Both the position numbers and the translations under genes were made by a program. The notes beneath the pieces were generated by a model that was given only the letters and a program-made list of their open reading frames with translations, was not told the origin of the DNA and ran no database searches. Shown piece by piece: positions 1 to 9,572 of a stretch of 64,000 bases of DNA. The stretch spans positions 6,197 through 70,196 of the forward strand of contig JBBTBZ010000013.1 in the NCBI GenBank assembly GCA_038043425.1. Direction: 5' to 3'. The first letter of the stretch is position 1; each line of letters starts with the position of its first letter. Origin of the DNA: Bacteroidota bacterium (GTDB taxonomy: Bacteria; Bacteroidota; Bacteroidia; Cytophagales; Cyclobacteriaceae).

Positions 1-1
1 T

Positions 2-667
2 GCCCTATCGGTCATTCATGCCAAGCATCTTGGCCTCACCAATTACTCAATCCTAACCTCACATGTTTTAGTTCCACCTGCCATGGAAGCGATCATCAAT
101 GATGACACGAATGTGGTGCAAGGCTTTTTGGCAGCAGGACATGTTTGCACTATTATGGGTATGGGTGAATATTACCCGCTCGTAAAGAAATATAAAATAC
201 CGATGGTAGTGACTGGCTTTGAACCTGTTGATTTATTACAAGGTATTGCCATGTTGGTGAAACAATTAGAGAATGGAGAATACAAATTGGAGAATCAATA
301 CAGTCGCGTGGTGAATGAAGATGGAAACCCGGCTGCGCGCAACACCATAACGCAAGTATTTGAATCATCTGATAGAGAGTGGCGTGGCATTGGGATGATT
401 CCTGGAAGCGGGCTTGAATTGCGTGACGATTTTTCAGCTTTTGATGCCAATAAAAAATTTCAGGTCGACATTCCGAAAGCAGAGGAGAATAAAGATTGCA
501 TTGCCGGACAAATATTACGAGGTTTAAAGAAGCCGCATGAATGTAGTCAGTTTGGTAAACAGTGCAGACCCTCTAATCCGTTAGGGGCACCCATGGTTTC
601 TTCTGAAGGTGCTTGTGCAGCCTACTATCATTATTCCCATACGGAAGAACAAATGGAGACTATATAA
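2..667 (+). CDS. hypD: Hydrogenase maturation protein HypD, C-terminal part (5' end lies outside the window)
   Basis: The frame is open from the window edge. The translation carries the HypD-like C-terminal segment GAPMVSSEGACAAYY and GFEPVDLL. hypE follows immediately. Confidence 0.8.
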   Translation, partial: ALSVIHAKHLGLTNYSILTSHVLVPPAMEAIINDDTNVVQGFLAAGHVCTIMGMGEYYPLVKKYKIPMVVTGFEPVDLLQGIAMLVKQLENGEYKLENQYSRVVNEDGNPAARNTITQVFESSDREWRGIGMIPGSGLELRDDFSAFDANKKFQVDIPKAEENKDCIAGQILRGLKKPHECSQFGKQCRPSNPLGAPMVSSEGACAAYYHYSHTEEQMETI

Positions 668-671
668 TGGG

Positions 672-1730
672 ATGACGAACAATAAAATCAAAATGAACTT
701 AAGTTGCCCCATGCCGAAGCTGGACTTTGATGTCATCACCCTGGGGCATGGCAGTGGTGGAACACTTTCTCAACAGCTATTGGATAGTGGCGTTTTTACC
801 GTCTTATCAAATCCCTTACTTGACGAACGACATGACGGTGCCATATTCAATCTAAATGGACGCATTGCTTTTAGCTCAGATAGCTACGTCATCTCACCCA
901 TCTTCTTTCCCGGTGGTAACATTGGCGAATTAGCGGTTAACGGAACTGTTAATGATTTGGCGATGTGCGGGGCGTTACCTAAATACCTATCTCTATCTTT
1001 TATTATTGAGGAAGGATTAACGATGATTGAATTCTGGGACATTATTAACAGCATCAAAACAGCTTGTGATAAAGCAGGAGTTCAAGTAGTTACAGGAGAC
1101 ACAAAAGTGGTGGAAAGGGGAAAAGGAGATAAGATTTTTATCAATACCAGTGGCTTGGGATTGCTTCATCCAAAAGCAGCTATTCACTTAAATCGGATCA
1201 AGCCGGGTGATAAAATCATTTTAAGCAATCCAATTGCTAACCATGGTATGGCAGTTATCTCAGTTCGAAAAGGACTTGAGTTCGAGTCAGAAATAGTGAG
1301 TGATACCCGCCCACTTAATCATACTGTAAAATTATTACTTGATCAATTTGGTGATTCCATCCACTTCTTAAGAGATCCAACACGTGGTGGAGTAGCCTCT
1401 GTATTAAATGAAGTGGCCAGTGATGGGAAAGTCGGGATTACTATTTTCCAGAAGGATATACCGGTAAATGAGTCGGTAGCCGGAGCCTGTGAGATGCTCG
1501 GCCTTGATCCGCTGTATGTCGCCAACGAAGGAGTATTTATCGCGATCGTGGATGAATCCATTGCGCATGATGTAGTTCAATTTCTTCGGCAGCAGTCAGA
1601 TACCGCTGCAGCTTGCATCGTTGGTCACGTTTGCACAGAACATCCAAAACAAGTAATACTCGCCAGCACTATTGGTGGTCGAAGGGTTGTCAACCGACTG
1701 ACGGGCGAACAACTACCCAGGATTTGTTAA
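672..1730 (+). CDS. hypE: Hydrogenase maturation protein HypE (carbamoyl dehydratase)
   Basis: ORF trimmed to ATG 672, just after the hypD stop (ATG 693 is an alternative). PurM/AIR-synthase-like sequence ending in ...GEQLPRIC, the C-terminal Cys tail typical of HypE. Confidence 0.85.
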   Translation: MTNNKIKMNLSCPMPKLDFDVITLGHGSGGTLSQQLLDSGVFTVLSNPLLDERHDGAIFNLNGRIAFSSDSYVISPIFFPGGNIGELAVNGTVNDLAMCGALPKYLSLSFIIEEGLTMIEFWDIINSIKTACDKAGVQVVTGDTKVVERGKGDKIFINTSGLGLLHPKAAIHLNRIKPGDKIILSNPIANHGMAVISVRKGLEFESEIVSDTRPLNHTVKLLLDQFGDSIHFLRDPTRGGVASVLNEVASDGKVGITIFQKDIPVNESVAGACEMLGLDPLYVANEGVFIAIVDESIAHDVVQFLRQQSDTAAACIVGHVCTEHPKQVILASTIGGRRVVNRLTGEQLPRIC

Positions 1731-1870
1731 TGGTGACGTCACACAGACTATTTACAAACTCAACTTTTTGAAGAAAACACCATTATTCGATTTCATCTAA
1801 AATCCCTTGTGTAAAAACAATGATCGGATTGCCTGTTATAAAAATAGTTTAGCTGGTAGTACCATTTTCC

Positions 1871-1878
1871 TACCTTTG
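1871..1878 (+). promoter_or_regulatory. Candidate Bacteroidota sigma-A -7 box (TACCTTTG)
   Basis: Matches TAnnTTTG, 17 nt upstream of ATG 1895. No clean -33 TTTG is seen. Confidence 0.3.
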
Positions 1879-1894
1879 CAAAAAAATAGCATAC

Positions 1895-2881
1895 ATGCGT
1901 ACTGGTAAGGAGTTGATAGCTGCAAGCAAAGAATTTACAGGAGAAAACCGAGTAAGAAGCTGGGGCGAGATTCTTATAACAATTCTTTTGGCCGCTATCG
2001 CGTTAAGGATCTCCTTTCTAACTATTCCAATACTCTTTCGGGTTTCGAGCAGCTTACTTTGCGGACTATTGTATGTACGGATGTTTGTAATTTATCACGA
2101 CTATCAACACCGTGCCATTCTGCAAAAATCAACTGCCGCAGAATGGTTGATGCAAGCTGTTGGTATTTATTTACTAGCTCCTCAAACTATCTGGAAAAGA
2201 TCTCACGAGCATCATCACAATAATAATTCCAAGCTGACGATCACGGGAATTGGCTCCTATCCTACTATTACAAAAACCAGGTTCTTAGGCTTAAGTAAAA
2301 AGGAGCAGCGAATCTATTTACTTAATCGTCACCCGCTCACCATTATATTAGGCTACTTTACGTTATTCATTTATTGGCTCAACCTCAAATCCTTTATCCA
2401 AAGTCCAGCGCGGCATATTGACTCTTTGATTGCTCTACTCTTTCACGGAGTCTGTGCGACCACCATTTGGTACTTTTTAGGGGCAAGCACATTCCTGATC
2501 AGTTGGTTCATTCCTTTCTTCTTAGCCTTTGCTACAGGTTCATATCTTTTTTATTGTCAGCATAATTTCCCGGATGCAAAATTTCAGGAAAATCACGACT
2601 GGACGTATGACTATGCGGCCATGGCATCTACAAGTTATATGCCCATGAACCCCATCATGCAGTGGTTTACCGGCAATATTGGGTATCATCACGTGCATCA
2701 TTTAAATTCAAGAATTCCTTTCTACCGTTTAGTAGAAACCATGCAAAGTATGCCGGAGTTAAAAAATGCCCCAACAACCTCATGGGATTTAGTTGAAATT
2801 ATCCGGTGCTTCCGTCTCAAACTGTGGGATCCTGACAGGGGAAAGATGATTTCCCTTCACCAACTCAATCAACTTTATTGA
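1895..2881 (+). CDS. Membrane fatty-acid desaturase family protein
   Basis: Three histidine boxes (HDYQH, HEHHH, HHVHH) spaced as in membrane desaturases, with several hydrophobic segments. Confidence 0.8.
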   Translation: MRTGKELIAASKEFTGENRVRSWGEILITILLAAIALRISFLTIPILFRVSSSLLCGLLYVRMFVIYHDYQHRAILQKSTAAEWLMQAVGIYLLAPQTIWKRSHEHHHNNNSKLTITGIGSYPTITKTRFLGLSKKEQRIYLLNRHPLTIILGYFTLFIYWLNLKSFIQSPARHIDSLIALLFHGVCATTIWYFLGASTFLISWFIPFFLAFATGSYLFYCQHNFPDAKFQENHDWTYDYAAMASTSYMPMNPIMQWFTGNIGYHHVHHLNSRIPFYRLVETMQSMPELKNAPTTSWDLVEIIRCFRLKLWDPDRGKMISLHQLNQLY

Positions 2882-3816
2882 CCAAAGAAAAATGTAAGAT
2901 TTGCCTGGACCATTACATTTAATCTGGGCTGGCCTGCAATGAATTTTGTTATTCTTAGTGAGGTGGCCGCTTTCGCTCCCATCATTTTACCAAAGTCTGT
3001 TCTGAGAAATAAGAAGTTGGTTTTTTCAGTGAACGAGTAGGCGTATAATACATTCAACGAAAACCATCCGTCCCAATCCTTTACCTGCACCACCATTGGA
3101 ATAGACATTGATAAGTTCTGCACTCTTTTTTCTTTTTCAGGATTATTAGGATCAGGTATACCATCACTTCCACCCTGGCTATTGGCATCCGCGCCAGAAA
3201 TCTGAAACCTTACATCAGGATAAAAGACTATTTCTGATGACGATCGCATCGTGAATATCAAACCAGGTTTATACAACCACGTCCCAGCCCCCCTTCCCAA
3301 AGTAGATTCTCCTGTAGGTGCAGTAACCTCAAATGCTACGGAGACCCTCTCTAGTCCTATGGTGCTTTTCTTTCGATAGGGAACAGCTAAATAGGACATT
3401 TTAATATCACCCATACCGGTCGTATTCTCAAATCCGGCATAGTCAGCATTGAAGATGGTATGAACAAAGGGCAACGACATTCCAAACTGGTGACGTTGGT
3501 TTTTAATACCGTAGAAGTAGCCAAATCGCATTGCATAAAATTTAGCGCCACCATAAAAGAAATAGGATTCCGCGTCAATGGATGCTCTGGTTTCGGTGTT
3601 TACGGGATCTGAGGCATCAAAGGAGTTCAATTGTTGGCCAAAACTAAGAAGTGGAAGCAGGCAAAATCCAAGAATGAAAAATGAACACCTACTTAAATGC
3701 GGGTAATAACTAGTGAAAAGGTGGATTAATGATTTCCTTACCCCAACGAGTTCGTGGTCTGCCAAAGGCTTTACCCTAACGTGGTCGGGTGATCTTAAAT
3801 TAAGAGCTAGTTTCAT
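2875..3816 (-). CDS. Outer-membrane beta-barrel channel-like protein (MetA/phenol-degradation-like); start uncertain
   Basis: Hydrophobic leader ...FFILGFCLLPLLSFGQQ, alternating beta-strand pattern and an aromatic C-terminus (..FFFGQ). The track ORF starts at TTG 3882. ATG 3816 is the first ATG but lies far upstream of the leader. Confidence 0.45.
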   Translation of the reverse strand: MKLALNLRSPDHVRVKPLADHELVGVRKSLIHLFTSYYPHLSRCSFFILGFCLLPLLSFGQQLNSFDASDPVNTETRASIDAESYFFYGGAKFYAMRFGYFYGIKNQRHQFGMSLPFVHTIFNADYAGFENTTGMGDIKMSYLAVPYRKKSTIGLERVSVAFEVTAPTGESTLGRGAGTWLYKPGLIFTMRSSSEIVFYPDVRFQISGADANSQGGSDGIPDPNNPEKEKRVQNLSMSIPMVVQVKDWDGWFSLNVLYAYSFTEKTNFLFLRTDFGKMMGAKAATSLRITKFIAGQPRLNVMVQANLTFFFGQ

Positions 3817-4185
3817 ACCGGCAAGATAATTTGAACTTGTTAGAAATACTTTTCTTGTACCACCTTTCACCGTGTATTGCAAATTGAGACTTTTCAGAAA
3901 CAGAATTTATTTTCGGCAAAATCCCAACATGGGAAGTAAAGATGGAATTGCGGGCGAACTCCTGGTTTCACCAAAAAAATGAAGCGCATCCGAATTTAAC
4001 CCGGTGTGAAATTAAGTCAAGAACCATACATCCATTAGAATACCCATCAACTGGAGAAGTGCCCTTAGATGAACCCAGAGAGCGTATCGCTAAAATTGAA
4101 GACTCCACATTTTAAAAATAATAATTTCCGATCCTTTAATGAAAGTAAAAAATGTAGTAAAATTGGAGGCAAAACCAATAAACCC

Positions 4186-5076
4186 ATGAAATTGACTAGT
4201 CTTCGTGTACTCTTATTCGCAACTCTCATAGCCTTTGGCATTTGGTCATGTGGCTCATCCTCCAAGGAGGAAAATAATAATTCTGATGATTTTAACCAAC
4301 CTGAGGAATCGCTAAAAGACCAGATTCTGGAATTGATGGATAACCTCCCATCTCCCACTGAAATCCCCTATTTGTTGGAAGCCACGGGAGCAGAGTATAA
4401 TCAAAGCCTGATTAACGATGTTAAAAAGGTTGATCAATATACCATCAGAAATGACAAAGCCGCTCTTAACCTGGGCATTTATGCGGCCGACATTGGCTAC
4501 TTAAGCTCTTATGAAAAGACTCAGGAATCAATAACCTACATGGCCGCAGTAAAAAGCCTGGCTGACAAATTGGGCGTAATCGGGTCCTTCGATTTAAATG
4601 AAATGGAGCGCTTTGAAAGCAATATTTCTAACAAAGATTCACTTACGTCCATCCTTAATACCTCTGTGAAAAAGACTAAAATTTATTTGCAGGATGACAA
4701 CCGCAATAAGTTAGCAGCCCTTATGTTAACGGGGAGTTTTATAGAAGGCCTCTATATTTCAACCGGTCTGATCAAATCTTATCCAAAAAATCTTCTTCCG
4801 GATGATTCGCGCAACCTGGTACTTACTCCTCTTATGCGGATTATTCTTGAACAGGAAAAGTCAGTTGACGAATTGGTGAAAATGTTACAGTCCGTAGAAC
4901 AAGCTGACCCCGTGACCACCATTGTGGCAGACCTAACCTCACTTCAAGCAAGCTATCGTGCCCTTGAAATTGAAGATCAGATTAAAAATAATAAGGCTAG
5001 CATGGTTCTGACTGATAAAAACCTGGTAGACATCACAGTCATTGTTGAAAAGATCAGAAAGTCCATTACGGATTAA
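4186..5076 (+). CDS. Hypothetical lipoprotein
   Basis: ATG 4186 gives MKLTSLRVLLFATLIAFGIWSCGSS, a lipobox with Cys. The track ORF has an unlikely 39-aa N-terminal extension. Confidence 0.6.
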   Translation: MKLTSLRVLLFATLIAFGIWSCGSSSKEENNNSDDFNQPEESLKDQILELMDNLPSPTEIPYLLEATGAEYNQSLINDVKKVDQYTIRNDKAALNLGIYAADIGYLSSYEKTQESITYMAAVKSLADKLGVIGSFDLNEMERFESNISNKDSLTSILNTSVKKTKIYLQDDNRNKLAALMLTGSFIEGLYISTGLIKSYPKNLLPDDSRNLVLTPLMRIILEQEKSVDELVKMLQSVEQADPVTTIVADLTSLQASYRALEIEDQIKNNKASMVLTDKNLVDITVIVEKIRKSITD

Positions 5077-5096
5077 TTTGATATCAAACTACAAGC

Positions 5097-5128
5097 AAGG
5101 ATTGGTTAAATGCCAATCCTTTTTTTTT
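5097..5128 (+). terminator. Rho-independent terminator after the lipoprotein gene
   Basis: 9-bp perfect stem AAGGATTGG / CCAATCCTT with loop TTAAATG, followed by a T-run (5120-5128). Confidence 0.6.
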
Positions 5129-5168
5129 CCTGCTGCACGGGTTTACTATCTTTAAATAAATTCTGCGT

Positions 5169-8100
5169 ATGAGCGAACCTGTACTCAAAGCCATCATGCA
5201 TCTTTTTGCTTTTGTAGCAAAAGAAGACCTGATCACGAATCAGGAACGTGATCATATTCGCTCTTTCCTTGAGAACCACCTTAGTCAAAAGGCAGTTGAC
5301 ACTCAATTAAAATTATTTGATCAGTTTACTTCACAACTTACCGGCAATCTCAATGCCCAGCAGGAAGATGACACAATCAACCGAATCTGTAAAGAAATTA
5401 ATGAGGAGGTAACTCAAAAGCAGAAGATCGTTATCATGATCGAGCTGATGGATATCATTCTTGCCGATGGTTCCATTTCAGCAAGAGAAGATAGTATAGC
5501 AAAAACAATTGGGAAAGCTTTTAACATTGCTTCAGAAGATATTGACGTAATCAAAGAATATGTTCTTGGAGCAACAGAGCCCGAATTTACTAGCCAGAGT
5601 ATTCTCATCATCAACTCTGGCTTACAACCTACTGGTCGGTATAAACACATATTCAGAGAAGGATTGAACGGCCTTATTGCTATTTTATATATCAAAAGTA
5701 CTGACATCTATTTTTTTAAATACATCGGCCAAACTGATGTTTTCTTAAATGGTGTGCCTCATAAGCCTGGCAATATTAATGTATTAGGCAACGGCAGTAC
5801 AATACGATGGGAAGATGCTGATCCAGTCTATTATGGCGATGTTTTGCGACTATTCAAGACTATGGGTAGCAACACACGCACCAGTTTTGAAGCCAAAAAT
5901 ATCTCATATCAATTTAAAAACGGAAGGCTTGGGTTGCGTGATGTAAATATCTTTGAGGAGTCTGGGAAATTAATTGCCCTGATGGGTGCAAGTGGGGCTG
6001 GCAAGTCTACCCTCCTCCATGTGCTCAACGGCACAGAAAAACCATCGAAAGGACAGGTGTTAATCAACAGTATTGATATACATCAATCACCTGATAAAAT
6101 TGAAGGGGTCATAGGATTCGTTCCACAAGACGATCTTTTAATTGAAGATCTGACTGTTTATCAAAACCTCTACTTTGCCGCTCGACTTTGTTTTAGTCAC
6201 CTTTCTGAAAAAGAAATAGATGACCTCGTACTGCAGACGCTTGATGACCTGGGCCTTGTCGAAACTAAAAACCTCACAGTAGGTTCTCCCCTGCGCAAAA
6301 CAATCAGCGGAGGTCAACGCAAAAGATTAAATATCGGACTGGAACTATTACGTGAGCCGGCAGTGCTCTTCTGTGATGAGCCGACTTCCGGACTTTCCTC
6401 ACGAGATTCTGAGAATATAATTGACCTGTTAAAAGAGCTTTCTCTTAAAGGAAAATTGGTTTTTGCCGTCATTCATCAGCCTTCATCAGACATTTTTAAA
6501 ATGTTTGACAAATTAGTCATTCTGGATACCGGTGGATTTCAGATTTATTATGGAAATCCAGTTGACGGCATCAACTATTTCAAACGTAACATCAATTTAG
6601 TTAACAGTGAACAGGGAGAATGCCATGCTTGCGGAAACGTCAACCCCGAACAGATTTTTAATATCATTGAGACTAAAGTCATTAATGAATACGGCAACTT
6701 CTCCAATGAACGGAAGTTCAATCCAGAACAATGGAATCAAATTTACCTGACGAAAATTAAACCTGCCGCTGTAACTCCTTCCGTAGAAGTCCCACATTCC
6801 ACATTGCGAATTCCCGGATGGTTCAAACAAACCTATCTTTTCTCCCTTCGCGATCTTCTGGCAAAACTCAGCAATAAGCAATACTTAATCATTAATTTAT
6901 TGGAAGCTCCCTTGCTTGCTTTCATTCTGGCATTCATAGTGCGTTACCACAATGTAGATGATCCATTTACCTCAGCATATATCTTTAGCAAAAACTTGAA
7001 TATGCCAGCCTATTTTTTCATGAGTGTAATTGTTGCCTTGTTTATGGGGCTCTCGGTGAGTGCCGAGGAGATTATTCGTGACCGTAAAATTCTAAAACGT
7101 GAAGCCTTTCTCCACCTGAGTAGAAGCAGCTACATCTTTTCTAAAATTGGCATTTTGTTCATGATTTCGGCTATTCAAACCTTCTTGTTTGTGATGGTAG
7201 CCCATTACATTCTTAAAATTGATGGAATGTTACCGATTCACTGGAGTATTTTATTCACTGCTTCATGTTTTGCAAATCTTTTGGGCCTTAACATCTCCTC
7301 AGCTTTTAACTCCGCAGTAACCATTTACATACTAATACCCATCCTCCTGATCCCTCAGCTTATTCTCAGTGGCGTTGTGGTAAAGTTTGATAAACTTAAT
7401 CCTGCCATAGGTAATACAGCGACTGTTCCCTTTGTGGGTGATTTAATGGCTTCGCGTTGGGCATTCGAAGCCTCCATGGTAGCGCAGTATAAAGACAATG
7501 CTTTTGAAAAAAAATTTTACATGTATGATAAAATGATGTCCGAATCAGATTACAAGAAAATCTACTTCATCCCTCAGCTCGAAAGCAAGCTCGATTTTGT
7601 AAATCTGCATTACAATAATCAAGATCCCGTAATTCGCACGGAAGTAAACAAAGCCCTGAAATTGGTGAGAAATGAAATATCCAACGAATTGGCAATAGTC
7701 GGGCGGGAGAATTTTAATGGGCTAGACGATCTAACCCATGAAACGTATGATTCATCTGTTTACCGACAAACCATTGACTTTGTTAATCGTCTGGAAAAAT
7801 ACTATATCAGACAGTATAACAAGGCGGACTTACTGAAAGATCGGGAAGTGGCTGAACTTACCCGCACCATTGAAATGGAAAAAAAATTTGAATCCTTTCG
7901 GAATGCATATCAAAATGAAGCCATTACCGAATTGGTAAAAAATACCTCAGAACCAAATCGAATTCTTGAGAAGGATGGAAAATTTGTTCAAAAGATTTAT
8001 CCAATTTATAAAGACCCTGATCCAGACCATATGGTTGATTTCGATGCGCAGTTTTATATGCCTAAAAAGCATTTTCTCAATCGAAACATTGACACCTATT

Positions 8101-8225
8101 ATTTCAATATGGGTGTGATTTGGTTTATGACATTATCTCTCGTTGTAACATTGTATTTTGAAATTTTACTTAAAATTGTTGATGGGCTGGGTAATCTCTC
8201 AAACCCACTACCAAAACGAATGTAG
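5169..8225 (+). CDS. Fusion ABC transporter: TerB-like N-domain + FHA-like domain + ABC ATPase + ABC-2/ABCG-type permease with long C-terminal extension
   Basis: Walker A GASGAGKST (5985-6011), signature SGGQRKRL and Walker B VLFCDEPT. Six or more hydrophobic segments follow residue ~600. The N-terminal helical segment is TerB-like, and residues ~150-240 look FHA-like. Confidence 0.8.
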   Translation: MSEPVLKAIMHLFAFVAKEDLITNQERDHIRSFLENHLSQKAVDTQLKLFDQFTSQLTGNLNAQQEDDTINRICKEINEEVTQKQKIVIMIELMDIILADGSISAREDSIAKTIGKAFNIASEDIDVIKEYVLGATEPEFTSQSILIINSGLQPTGRYKHIFREGLNGLIAILYIKSTDIYFFKYIGQTDVFLNGVPHKPGNINVLGNGSTIRWEDADPVYYGDVLRLFKTMGSNTRTSFEAKNISYQFKNGRLGLRDVNIFEESGKLIALMGASGAGKSTLLHVLNGTEKPSKGQVLINSIDIHQSPDKIEGVIGFVPQDDLLIEDLTVYQNLYFAARLCFSHLSEKEIDDLVLQTLDDLGLVETKNLTVGSPLRKTISGGQRKRLNIGLELLREPAVLFCDEPTSGLSSRDSENIIDLLKELSLKGKLVFAVIHQPSSDIFKMFDKLVILDTGGFQIYYGNPVDGINYFKRNINLVNSEQGECHACGNVNPEQIFNIIETKVINEYGNFSNERKFNPEQWNQIYLTKIKPAAVTPSVEVPHSTLRIPGWFKQTYLFSLRDLLAKLSNKQYLIINLLEAPLLAFILAFIVRYHNVDDPFTSAYIFSKNLNMPAYFFMSVIVALFMGLSVSAEEIIRDRKILKREAFLHLSRSSYIFSKIGILFMISAIQTFLFVMVAHYILKIDGMLPIHWSILFTASCFANLLGLNISSAFNSAVTIYILIPILLIPQLILSGVVVKFDKLNPAIGNTATVPFVGDLMASRWAFEASMVAQYKDNAFEKKFYMYDKMMSESDYKKIYFIPQLESKLDFVNLHYNNQDPVIRTEVNKALKLVRNEISNELAIVGRENFNGLDDLTHETYDSSVYRQTIDFVNRLEKYYIRQYNKADLLKDREVAELTRTIEMEKKFESFRNAYQNEAITELVKNTSEPNRILEKDGKFVQKIYPIYKDPDPDHMVDFDAQFYMPKKHFLNRNIDTYYFNMGVIWFMTLSLVVTLYFEILLKIVDGLGNLSNPLPKRM

Positions 8226-8234
8226 GAATAGACC

Positions 8235-9002
8235 ATGTTCTTTATTCTTTCCAAAACCATGAGCTACTTGACACAGCCACTCGTCATCGTGTGTCTGTTA
8301 CTCGTTGCTTCTGTGGTTATCAAAAATACACGTTGGAAGAAATGGCTTTTCCACTCCGGCCTTGGCTTGTTGCTGTTCTTCTCAAATGACTTTATTGCAA
8401 ATGAAATGATAACCTGGTGGGAAGTAAAGCCTACGCCATTTACTGCTATTAGAAAACAATATGACTATGGAATATTGCTCACCGGTGTTACTAAATCTGA
8501 AATGGAACCGAAAGACAGGGTCTATTTTAGCCGGGGTGCGGATCGTGTAACACATAGTATGCAGCTTTACAAACTGGGTATCATTAAGAAAATATTAGTT
8601 TCAGGCGGAAGCGGCCGTCTTATTACTATCAAAGAACGTGAAGCGGATGAAGTCGCCAAGGCGCTGCTCTTAATGGGTGTGCCTCAAATTGATATTGAGA
8701 TAGAAAATCAATCTAAAAACACGCGTGAATCCGCTATTGCTGTAAAAAAAATACTGAATGGTAAAATTCTGCCGGAGAACTGCCTCCTTATTACTTCCGG
8801 GTATCACTTACGCAGATCTGCCGCTTGCTTTCGCAAAGTAGGGTTACCCATGGATTTGTTCGCTACAGATTTTCTTTCACATAAAAGAACGTATACGCTA
8901 GACGTTCTGATTATCCCAAAAGTTGACGGATTAAATACATGGTCCGCTCTGATAAAAGAATGGGTTGGATTTACAGCCTATTGGATTTCAGGTTACGTTT
9001 AA
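8235..9002 (+). CDS. YdcF/ElyC (DUF218) family membrane-associated protein
   Basis: N-terminal TM segment followed by a DUF218-like core (ILVSGGSG..., ITSGYHLRRS). Confidence 0.7.
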   Translation: MFFILSKTMSYLTQPLVIVCLLLVASVVIKNTRWKKWLFHSGLGLLLFFSNDFIANEMITWWEVKPTPFTAIRKQYDYGILLTGVTKSEMEPKDRVYFSRGADRVTHSMQLYKLGIIKKILVSGGSGRLITIKEREADEVAKALLLMGVPQIDIEIENQSKNTRESAIAVKKILNGKILPENCLLITSGYHLRRSAACFRKVGLPMDLFATDFLSHKRTYTLDVLIIPKVDGLNTWSALIKEWVGFTAYWISGYV

Positions 9003-9075
9003 AAGGCTTTCCAACTTGCTTCATACGCTGACGCCAAAATAAGGTTTCAGCCTGCACCTCTTACTTTTTCAGCGT

Positions 9076-9443
9076 TCACTTAATCAGCTGTACCCACCCT
9101 TTACACGTCAAATTTTCCTGATTAATCTTAGCCTCATAATAATAAACGCCAGCGCCAAACTTTCACCAGACCAATTGTCTTTATAATTATCCTTCGCAAA
9201 AATTTTCTCTCCCCAACGATTAAAAATCACCAGCGATGTTTTTACTCCACCAATTGAAATCGGCTGATCGTTCAAAAGAATTTTAAACGTATCATTCTTG
9301 CCAGGGGATTGATTCGGAGTAATGACATTTGGCACCTTAATGGAGTAGATCGGAATTACATCTTTCTTTTCGTAAACACAGAATTCCTTTCTTCCTACTA
9401 TCCGAACAGAATAATGACTGATCTTTTCATTTTCACTAACCAA
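9076..9443 (-). pseudogene. Decayed remnant of a T9SS type-B (gliding-associated) C-terminal sorting domain from a large surface protein
   Basis: The translation has VPNVITPNQSPGKNDTFKI...VIFNRWGEKIFAKDNYKDNWSGES. The canonical ending AGVYYYEAKINQENLTCKGWVQLIK* continues in another frame down to stop 9076-9078, so there is an indel near 9150-9165. Upstream sequence (to ~9540) shows further frame breaks, and no N-terminal body is present. Confidence 0.6.
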
Positions 9444-9545
9444 TACTTAAAGATACACCGAACCCTTGAATGGTAACAACCGATTGCGTGATGAGAGGAT
9501 TCTTTTTATCAAAGCCTCCAACCCAATTAGTCAAGGAAAAATCAA

Positions 9546-9553
9546 TAGATTTG
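9546..9553 (+). promoter_or_regulatory. Candidate -7 box (TAGATTTG) for ppc
   Basis: Matches TAnnTTTG, 20 nt upstream of ATG 9573. Confidence 0.3.
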
Positions 9554-9572
9554 TTTCTGACCCACTTTCAAA

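Noticed and set aside
1733-1742. Perfect 10-bp palindrome GTGACGTCAC just after hypE
   Set aside because: It is too short to distinguish from chance. No U-tract follows, so it is not a terminator, and no second copy was seen in the window.
4069-4185. Long N-terminal extensions in the track ORFs (4069, 609, 16094, 28265, 34006, 38095, 38528, 41436, 56536, 31004)
   Set aside because: Several begin at TTG or other non-ATG codons, overlap the preceding gene, or precede an obvious signal peptide or lipobox or conserved N-terminus. The downstream ATG was preferred in each case (coordinates are in the features list).
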